This document shows, in pieces, positions 29,282 through 37,122 of a stretch of DNA of 37,122 bases. Under the pieces are notes generated by a model that saw only the letters and a list, made by a program, of their open reading frames with translations, did no database searches and was not told the origin of the DNA. A program made the position numbers and the translations under genes. The DNA is taken from positions 1 to 37,122 of the forward strand of contig CAVUWD010000004.1 in NCBI GenBank assembly GCA_963745025.1. The letters are read 5' to 3'. The stretch is from an uncultured delta proteobacterium. GTDB lineage: Bacteria > Desulfobacterota > Binatia > JACPRU01. Numbering within the stretch: the stretch's first letter is position 1; every line of letters begins with the position of its first letter.

Positions 29282-29354
29282 CTGAGGAGGGAGGACTCGA
29301 ACCTCCAACACCCTGATCCAGAGTCAGGTGTCCTACCAGTTGGACGACTCCTCA
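29282..29354 (-). tRNA. tRNA-Gln (anticodon CTG)
   Basis: TGAGGAG/CTCCTCA acceptor stem, CCTGA-CTCTGGA-TCAGG anticodon arm, GGTTCGAGT T-loop; CCA not encoded. Confidence 0.95.
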
Positions 29355-29413
29355 ACACCGCGGCCGACGCGGCTGGCCTTTTTTGGCAGACCTTACGCGC
29401 ATTTGCAACGCCC

Positions 29414-30535
29414 TCATGCGTTCGCCGAAATCGCATCCGCGGCGAGTGGCGTAAAACTGGGTGTGAAATGATTCGTGGAAATCGGCGGCGGGACAAGCGC
29501 CGCCCGTAGAGCCTGCGTCTTGTGTTCGTCGGAGACGTGCGTGTAGCGGATCGTCATCTCGATCCGGCGGTGTCCCATGAGCTCCTGGATCGTCCGCACG
29601 TCGACCCCCTTCATCGCGAGCCGGCTCCCGAAGGTGTGGCGCAGGGTATGAGGCGTGACATCTTCGCCAGGTCGGCCGCCGCGCAGGCCGAGCGGAAGAT
29701 GTTTCGGATCGAGCGGAAGGGCTTCTTCGAGCGGCTGACGAAGACGTGCGCGTCGGCCTCTTGCTTGCCTGAGCGGAAACGATGCTGGACGAGGGCTTCC
29801 TTCAACCTGTCGGTCATCGGGATCGAGCGCGTGTTCCCGTTCTTCGCATAAGCGCTCTCTCGACCGTGAGGACGCCGCGGCGAAAATCGAGCGCCGCCCA
29901 TCGGAGCGTGAGCGCCTCGGCTTTGATGCGTAGCCCGGCGTCGGTCCCGCAGAGGGCGATCGTTCGGAGTGGCTCGTCGGCCGCTTCGAGGAGCTTCGCT
30001 TCCTCGTCCCATTCGAGAAAACGGATCCGCCCTTCGACGCTCCTTGTAGCGCTCCACCCCCTCGACCGGGTTCGAGCCCTCGTAGAGCGGCGGCTTCTGC
30101 TCGCGGCACCAGTTGTAGAGCGCCGACAGCGACGCAAGCCGCCGATTCGCGGCGACCATACCGCGGCCGTCCTTCACGCGGCTCTGCTTGCAGGACTCGA
30201 GCTGACTCTCCGTGATCTCGCCGAGGCGCTTCCCGTCGAAATGCTTCCCGAGCACGCCGAGACACTCCTCGTGGAAGCGGAGCGTGTTCGGCCGGCGGTT
30301 GACGCCGACCCAATCGAGGAAGAGCTCCGCCGCTTTCTTGAGGGCGATGTCCTTCGGCTTCTTCCCGATGCCGGCCTCGCCTCTGAGAATCGCGCCACGT
30401 TTCACGCTGGCGATCTCACGGGCGACCGTCTTCGAGATGTTCTTCCCTGATCGTCACCACGTGGCGCTTCCCCTCATGGTAGAAGTCGAGCCGCCATGTT
30501 TTGCCTCTCTGATAGAGGCCGTCACCTCTTCGCAT
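29414..30535 (-). CDS. Phage-type tyrosine integrase with several frameshifts
   Basis: GGAGG then ATG at 30535 (MRRGDGLYQRGKTWRLDF); pieces across frames include AANRRLASLSALYNW, DAGLR, KNGNTRSIPM, TPHTLRHTFGSRL...LMGH...TIRYTH. Confidence 0.88.
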
Positions 30536-31146
30536 TTCTCACCTCCTGTTTTTCCGCGCCGCGCTCCCTTGTCCCTTTCTTTTCTTCTCTTCGCGGCGAC
30601 CGTTCGCTTCCCCTTTGCTTCTCGCCATGCGCGCATGTTCGCTCGGTTCAAACATTTCTTCATGCAGTACATCTGCTTGCGCTCCCGGTAGAAGATTCGC
30701 CGGCACTCGGGACACCGCTTCACCTTGTCGAATGGCTGCCGGCTGAGGAGCAACGCGAGCGTCGCCAGGAACACGTCGCGTGTCTTCCCCCGCACCAGCA
30801 CCAAGACGTGCGTCGATTTGGGGTCGATTCTGATCGGCATCATTTGTAATGACAACATGGTCGGGGCGGGTTCGTCGGCCGGTGCGGCCTCGCCGAGCAG
30901 GTCGAGGAGCGTCAGGAGCGTCGCTCGGACCTCCCGCTGAAGCGACCGAATTTCGCCTTCCGCTATGTCGAAATCGGACGCAATCGCGCAGACGCCACCC
31001 ATGTCCTCGGGCAAGGAGCCTTGCGCCCCCGGCGTCACGAATGCCCCGAGACGCTCCCTCAAAACCATCCAGCGACCCGGTGTCAGCTTGTCGAGATCTT
31101 CCTCCGCAAACTCCACCGCGAATCGAAGCCGCTCATCTGCTGTCAT
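30454..31146 (-). CDS. CGNR-type zinc finger protein
   Basis: VKRCPECRRIFYRERKQMYCMKKCLNRANMRAWR; true end may lie near the integrase start. Confidence 0.7.
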   Translation of the reverse strand: MTADERLRFAVEFAEEDLDKLTPGRWMVLRERLGAFVTPGAQGSLPEDMGGVCAIASDFDIAEGEIRSLQREVRATLLTLLDLLGEAAPADEPAPTMLSLQMMPIRIDPKSTHVLVLVRGKTRDVFLATLALLLSRQPFDKVKRCPECRRIFYRERKQMYCMKKCLNRANMRAWREAKGKRTVAAKRRKERDKGARRGKTGGEKCEEVTASIREAKHGGSTSTMRGSATW

Positions 31147-31242
31147 GCGCGCCCTTATGTCAGGTTTTTAATCGTTAAACAAGCCTATATTCCTGGAACA
31201 AGGGATTTCAAGATAAACATCCCTTTACACCGTCGTAAATCC

Positions 31243-31496
31243 ATGTCTATAGACGTGCGTATTGCGTATGAGGTGCATTCCGCAAGTCGTCTTCGCGAAG
31301 AGCGCCTGCGGCGTCAGTGGTCGCTGACGCGTTTGAGCGCCTTAACCGGCATCGCGTCGAGCGACCTCGGATGCTCGAGCGCGGATTGCGGCCCGCCTAC
31401 ACCGGATGGCAACAGCGCATCGCGCATGCCTTCAAGATACCGGCTGACGAGCTCTTCGCCGAATCGGAGGATGGCAATGGCGACGCCAGACTCTGA
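31243..31496 (+). CDS. Xre family HTH regulator (one frameshift)
   Basis: SRLREERLRRQWSLTRLSALTGIASSDL / LERGLRPAY...RIAHAFKIPADELF. Confidence 0.7.
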
Positions 31497-31776
31497 GCAC
31501 GCTGCACGTCGGCCGCCGCCGAAAAAGCGCAAGGGCGTCGCCACGGGCCCGCGCCGCTTCAACGGCGAGGCGATGGATGTCGCCGCCACGGCAGACGGGT
31601 TCTTCGGCGGCACCAAGAAGACCGTGTACTCCTTGGTCGCTCGAAGAAGGATTCCATTTCGCCGCATGGGTGGGCGCATCGTGATCCTCCGCAGCGAGTT
31701 GGTCGCCGATTTTCAAGCACTCGACGGATGCAGCGTCGAGGAGGCGCTCAAGAACGCGCAGCGGGATCCGGAATAA
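31477..31776 (+). CDS. Excisionase-like (HTH_17) DNA-binding protein
   Basis: GGAGG RBS; KKTVYSLVARRRIPFRRMGGRIVILRSEL. Confidence 0.75.
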   Translation: MATPDSEHAARRPPPKKRKGVATGPRRFNGEAMDVAATADGFFGGTKKTVYSLVARRRIPFRRMGGRIVILRSELVADFQALDGCSVEEALKNAQRDPE

Positions 31777-31778
31777 GC

Positions 31779-32557
31779 ATGATCGGCGAGCTCGACACAT
31801 GCGCCGTCTGCAGTCGCCGCCCTTCGCGGCTCGCAATCGTCGGCTACGGAGTCTGGCGGATCCGTTGCCAGTGCGGCACGCGGATCGAGAAGATCGTTGG
31901 CGACTCGAGCGAGGTCGGCGAGCCGCCACGGGTGCCGACCGAGAGAGAGCGTGCCACGGTCGACTTCATCAACGGCATCATCGCCGATTCGCTGCACGCG
32001 GCCGGCACGATCGTCCAAACCTATCTCGCCTCGCGAGGCATCACGACGATTCCGAGCACGCTTCGATTCGCGCCGAGATTACTCCACACGCCGAGCGACT
32101 CGTTTCTGCCGGCGATGCGGCACCTGTGTGACGTCAATGGCGAGGTGATCGGACTACACCGGACCTACCTTGCGTCCGACGGATCAGGCAAAGCCTTGAT
32201 CGTCCCTAACAGAATGATGCTCGGCAGGTGTGCCGGCGGCGCCGTACATCTGGCCGAGGCAACGCGAGAGCTCGGCGTAGGGGAGGGGATCGAGAGCTCG
32301 CTCAGTGCGATGGAAGCGACCGGAATGCCGGTCTGGAGTGCATTGTCGACGACGGGCTCGCGGCGCTCATCCTGCCGCCGAAGCCGCTCGCACGTCATGT
32401 CACGATCTTCGCCGACTCCGACGAGGCAGGGATTGCGGCGGCGAAAAAGGCTGCGGCGCGTTGGTGCGCGGAAATCCGGCGAGTCACCATTTCGCGCCCA
32501 GAGCAGCCGGGGCTCGATTGGAATGATCTCGTCGCTCGTGATGGAGCGCGAGCATGA
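31779..32557 (+). CDS. Toprim domain primase (DUF7146 + Toprim_3-like) with N-terminal Cys motif, frameshifted
   Basis: YLASRGI, GLHRTYL..DGSGKA, MMLG..AGGAV, GEGIES, then IFADSDEAG...DWND in the next frame. Confidence 0.8.
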
Positions 32558-34117
32558 GCGTCCAACCGTACCAAACGACCAACGGAGTTTTGCTGCCTGA
32601 GATCGTTACGAATCACAGGCAACTGCCTGAGGTGACAAAAGAGACGCTCGACGCGATCGAGCTCGCAAACAGTCCACCGACTTCTGTTCGTCGCGGAAGG
32701 GCGCTCGCACGGGTCGTCTTCAGCGCAAAGGGACATTATCCGCTGATCGAGGAACTGAACGAAGCGGCGCTCCGCGGCCACATTGCTCGCTCGGCTAATT
32801 TCTTTGCGCTCCGAGGCGGAGGGCGTACGGCAACAAACAAGAACTCGTCGGCGTACCTCCTCCGAAGGAAATCGTACAAGACGTCAAGACACTCACCTCA
32901 TGGCCGTTTCCGCCGATCGAGGGCATCGTTGAAACACCTGTGCTACGCCCCGACGGGACCATTCTCAGGAGTCCAGGTTACGATCCGCCAACTGGTCTTT
33001 ACTACGTGGCAGCAGAGCGCCTCGTGGTCCCACCAGTGCCGGAGAGTCCGTCCCGGCAAGACCTTGCGGCGGCGGTGACTCGCTTGAAGGAGATCTTTCA
33101 GGATTTCCCATTTGTGAACGTGGAGTCGCAGGCAAACGCGCTCGGGCTCGCCATAACAATCGTTGCGCGTCCGGCAATTGCAGGTCTCGTTCCGCTGGCT
33201 CTGATCGACAAGCCGTCCGCCGGTACCGGTGCCTCGCTGTTGGCCGCCGTGATGGCTCTAATCGGCACCGGGCGACCAGCGGCGACCATGACGGCTCCGA
33301 AGGGCGAAGAAGAGTGGCGGAAGAAAATCACCGCGACGCTGCTCGAGGCGCCGCCGATTATCTTGATCGACAACGTCTCCGCGACGCTCTCCGCGAGCAG
33401 CCTCCCGCAGTTCTCACTGCACAGGTCTGGCAGGATCGCCGCCTCGGTGCCAACGAGAATGTCGGCGTGCCTCAGCGAGCGATCTGGCTGGCTACGGGAA
33501 ATAACCTCCGGACCGCTGGCGACGCGGCGCGGCGCTCCTACTGGATTCGTCTGGACGCGAAACTTGCACAAGCTTGGAGGCGCGACCCCGAACAGTTCTT
33601 GCACCCGAATTTGCAACGCTGGCTACTCGAAAATCGCGGCAGGCTCCTTGCCGACGCTCTCACCATCGCCCGTGCATGGTTTGCGGCCGGCAGCTCGATC
33701 AACGGCACTCCCTCGCTCGGAACCTACGAAGAATGGGCATCGACCGTCGGCGGCATCCTCACCAACGCAGGCATAAACGGATTTCTCGGAAACCTCGACG
33801 AGCTCTACGCCGAGATAGATGACGAGGCGAGCGAGTGGGGACAATTCCTGACAGCTTGGCTCGACGTGTTCGGCAACGAGGCGAATCCGACCAGCGAGAT
33901 CGCCAAGGAAATCACGCGAGCCGATTCGACGCTCGCTAAGTCTCTTCCCACTCAGCTGTCCGACGCCCTCGAGCGATCAAAATCAACGTTCGCGAAGTCG
34001 CTCGGCGTCATCCTCAAGACCAAGAACGAGACACGCTTCGGAGCCGAGATGCTTCGATTGGAACGTGCGGTATTGCCTCACGGAAAAGTCCCCACTTGGA
34101 AGGTTACGAAAGGTTAG
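32554..34117 (+). CDS. Phage/satellite primase-associated P-loop helicase-like protein, frameshifted
   Basis: IEGIVETPVLRPDGTIL..PGYD, KPSAGTGASLL (Walker A-like), ILIDNV (Walker B), ATGNN, DAARR across three frames. Confidence 0.7.
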
Positions 34118-34252
34118 GAGGACCAAAAACGAATCCCCCCCTCGTATCGTCCGACGACCTGGCCGAACTAGCACGAGGACTCGTCAAAGACCCGACCAGA
34201 CTCCTCAAGGCGAGCGGCAAAGTCAGCTTCGAAAACACCGTGACCTCAAAAC

Positions 34253-34368
34253 GTGGTGGGAGTGATGCCAGTGGTTGGAGTTCCAACTACGCTTCTCTAG
34301 CTGAGTGCGTGCATTTTCATATGGGGTAGGGGTGTTGACACTCCAACCACTCCCACCACTCCAACCAC
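34253..34368. repeat. Iteron-like repeats, candidate replication origin
   Basis: Three tandem CTCC(A/C)ACCA at 34341-34367 and two inverted copies (GTGGTGGGAGT at 34253, GTGGTTGGAGT at 34271). Confidence 0.65.
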
Positions 34369-34852
34369 CTGAGGGGCCGAAGATGCCGACTCAAGGACGC
34401 CTCGCAGCGAGCACTTTTGGGTGGGACACATGACTAGCTATCATTCGCAAGACGCTTTTCCCCTTTATCTGCTGCGGCATTTCGACGGTCGGCCGGGAAG
34501 TGGCGGGAAACGGGGCGTGAATTGATCCCCGATCTACGGCACGAGGAACGCCTTTTCCCCTCGGCAGTCTCACGCACTGAAGGCGTTGAAGCGCGCCGTG
34601 AAGACGCTAGGAAGCCGCACGATCGATCAGCGAGCGCGAGTCGGGAAAGCGCTCGCCAATCTATCGCGACGACCTGATCGCCGATCTCGGTGGCGCCGAG
34701 AACGCAGAACGAGAGAACGAACCCTCGCTGAGGTGGATGGTGCAGAAGGACGAGGAGAAGGCGGCTGCTACCAATGGTGGAAACGACGGCGCCCCACAAT
34801 CGCGCACAGAGGCCGCACTTACAGAGAGCAGCGAACGAGGAGTCGACAAGCG

Positions 34853-35137
34853 ATGCCAACGACAAAGGCTGAGCGGGAGACGCTCATCACGTTCACCGAG
34901 GCGGACGACGCCGCGGTAGTCTATACTTTCCGCAAAAGTCTCTGGGCAGTCTGTGAGAGGGCAGGCGGTAGGCTGATTCGTTCAGGACGGCGAGAAAGCA
35001 TCGAGGAAAGTCGGGAGTATTTCTTGCCGCTCTCGGAACTGTATCGTGTGCTCAACCGATTGGGCTCGGAGTTACGTGACGAGTCGGAGCGGCGGGAAAA
35101 GTCGGCTGTTTCTGCGGAGGCGGAAGCGAGCGCGTGA
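34853..35137 (+). CDS. Hypothetical protein
   Basis: GAGGAG RBS; MPTTKAERETLITFTEADDAAVVYTF. Confidence 0.5.
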   Translation: MPTTKAERETLITFTEADDAAVVYTFRKSLWAVCERAGGRLIRSGRRESIEESREYFLPLSELYRVLNRLGSELRDESERREKSAVSAEAEASA

Positions 35138-35369
35138 CGATCCGAAACGCGAAAACGGACGGGCACGCGGAACGAACACCGCTCCGCGCCAGGCGCCCGG
35201 TGGAGCGCAGACCGCCACGATCAGCGAGAAGACGAGCGGCGCCAGTAGCCAGCCGTCGGCCCGGCTCGATGAGCTACTTCCCCGAGCGCCGTCCCTGCGG
35301 GCGACGAGATCCACGGCGCCCTGTGACCGCCGAGTGCTCGGAAAGGTTCTCTCGGCGGGACGGATGGTT

Positions 35370-35640
35370 GAGTGGTCCTCGTTCAGGCGCCGCCAAAGGG
35401 CGTGGATGATGACGCTTGACGCATCATCGGGATGATAGGGGTCGCACGCTTTCATCAGCCGCGTTCTTGCCCCACAGCCCGAACTGGTTTCGGATGTACA
35501 TCCCGAGTCCGAAGTGAGTCGTAATCAAGTCGCTTTCGGGTAGCTCGCGGAGCGCGCTCTTGTTCTCGTCGTTCATCTCCGAGAGCAGCCGTTCAACGGC
35601 CTCTTCGACCGTGCGTGGATAGGATTTCGTCGTATCCTTC
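35370..35640 (-). CDS. DUF6794-like protein (frameshifted)
   Basis: PRTVEEAVERLL...HFGLGMYIRNQFGLW / HPDDASSVIIHALWRRL. Confidence 0.65.
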
Positions 35641-35924
35641 GTCGCGCTTTTCCTTATCCGCGTTTCCAAATCCGTCCGGCGTCCAGGTTCCGCCGTCCCG
35701 AGCAGATCCCCGCGCACGGCGCGGATCGCGCACTAGAGCGCGCCTGAGGCCTCGGCCTTACCTGGATAGCCGAAGGACGGCCGCTTGGCGGGAAGAAGCT
35801 CGGCATGTTCGAGGATCAGGCAGAACGGGGTTGTCTTGGTCAGTGCTCGAGCACCAGAGCGCCTGCTCGTACCGCTCGGCGGCGGCGGTCAGAACCGAGA
35901 GCGAGCGTAGCGCTTGAGACGCGC

Positions 35925-36152
35925 TCAGCGCTGACCGCTACGTTCAGGAGGCAGGAACAAATCGGCGACCCGAACCTCCAAAGCCTTCGAGAGCCTCACG
36001 ATCGTCGAGAGTGCTGGGTCCCGCTTCCCGCGGAGGATCTGCGAGAGGTGCCCCTTGCTGAATCCGCTCTCTAAGTAGAATCGGTCCAAGGTGCCGTACT
36101 TCTCCTTCACCAGCTCCCTCAGCCGTCGCCGAAACAGCGCCTCCACGTCCAC
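35925..36152 (-). CDS. Xre family HTH regulator
   Basis: SGFSKGHLSQILRGKRDPALSTIVRLSKALEV. Confidence 0.85.
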   Translation of the reverse strand: MDVEALFRRRLRELVKEKYGTLDRFYLESGFSKGHLSQILRGKRDPALSTIVRLSKALEVRVADLFLPPERSGQR

Positions 36153-36519
36153 GCCGGCGCGGTAGCAGAAAGAGGCCGCGATAGTGTTTGCGTTCGCAAA
36201 CAGCGCCGTTCTAAACTTCGGCGCGGAGAAGGAGGCGAGCGGTGGCAGTCAGCCAAGCCGAGAAGCGGCGAAAGGAGATTCTGGCTGCGAAGCAGTCGGC
36301 GAGCGCAGAGCCGACCGCCCGGCTGAAGCCGAGCCCGCAGGACGACGACGCGCTTGCCAGGGACAGGTCCGTTGAGGACCTACTCCGGCGCCGGGATCGA
36401 GCGAAGGTGGTCGACGCCCTGACCGACCGCCTCCGCGATGAGCGGATCTTCGGTGGTATGCAGCCCGAGCGGTCTGGATGTCGGCGCTCGTCCCGGCTCG
36501 AGGAGGCATCCCGCGGTGA

Positions 36520-36785
36520 GTGATCTCCGTCCCTTGCTGGCTCAACTCTGGGACGCCGACGCCTCGAAACGCTCAAGCGCGATGCGAGCGATCGTCGAGG
36601 CACCGAGGACCAGCTACGACCAAAAGGTCGTCCAGGCCCTGGTCGGTGCACTCGATCACGATGACTACGAGATGCAGGAGTGGGCCGCCAGTGCTCTCAG
36701 CCGATGCAGGGACGACCGCCGCGTCGTCGAAGCCCTCTCCGCAGGCGGAGAGGGGGAGAGGGGTGCCCGAAGGGCGGGGAAATAG
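36520..36785 (+). pseudogene. HEAT-repeat protein fragment
   Basis: VVQALVGALDHDDYEMQEWAASALS...RVVEAL. Confidence 0.5.
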
Positions 36786-36901
36786 GGTGAGGCGAAAGGG
36801 CGAAAGAAACAACCTGTGTATTTCTACCGAAGTAGAACTATTGATGCATGGACGCTATATAAAACACCTATCCAACGTTTTCCCGGAAGAAATACAATTA
36901 T

Positions 36902-37122
36902 ATGGGGAAAAGACATGAACTGTTTGAAGCCCAATCATTGAGGACAATGGTCCGCATGTGCTGTAGGGGGCAGGGACATTGCAAATACGGCTTGTGCGCC
37001 GACTGCGCGCAGCTCATGGAATACGCTGAGCAGCGGATCCGCTCCTGCCCCCATGGTGAGAGTAAACCGGCCTGCAGGAAGTGTCCCACGCATTGCTATA
37101 AGGCCGATATGCGTCAGTCCAT
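36902..37122 (+). CDS. YgbA-like (nitrous-oxide-stimulated promoter family) protein, runs off the window end
   Basis: LCADCAQLMEYAEQRIRSCPHGESKPACRKCPTHCY. Confidence 0.85.
   Translation, partial: MGKRHELFEAQSLRTMVRMCCRGQGHCKYGLCADCAQLMEYAEQRIRSCPHGESKPACRKCPTHCYKADMRQS

Larger units (their letters stand above)
29414..35137. mobile_element. Phage-satellite/PICI-like integrative element (boundaries approximate)
   Basis: int plus a divergent Xre-Xis-primase-helicase module and iterons next to tRNAs; no structural phage genes seen. Confidence 0.7.

Noticed and set aside
29414-30535. Integrase as the integron integrase (IntI) for the attC sites
   Set aside because: It has a phage-type N-terminal arm-binding region and satellite context, and I see no IntI-specific insertion before the HxLRH box.
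36835-36870. Possible NsrR/FNR-type site (TTGATGCAT) upstream of the ygbA-like gene
   Set aside because: Only a half-site, with no matching inverted half.

Overview
GC-rich bacterial DNA. The repeated double-zinc-ribbon adenylate/guanylate cyclase genes suggest a Binatota/Deltaproteobacteria-like source, but this is inference. The window is a mosaic. Intact genes (putA, an acyl-CoA dehydrogenase, several SDR/NmrA and LLM oxidoreductases, an AlkZ-like glycosylase, a GDSL esterase, an Smr protein, a cytochrome c) alternate with about 20 abruptly truncated gene fragments. The most striking unexplained structure is an 84-bp hairpin-forming element (CCGTAGAAAC...TATCCTC). It occurs six times in the same orientation between 14 and 17669, has precise ends and no terminal inverted repeats, and where the flanks are recognisable it joins pieces of unrelated ORFs. 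Two integron-type attC sites lie downstream of two of these copies, although no intI is seen. The right third has tRNA-Gln(CTG) and tRNA-Glu(CTC) flanked by two converging tyrosine integrases, and a frameshift-rich phage-satellite/PICI-like element (int, CGNR-type Zn finger, Xre, Xis, Toprim primase, helicase-like ATPase, iteron-like origin). Chimeric assembly or long-read indel errors cannot be excluded from sequence alone.
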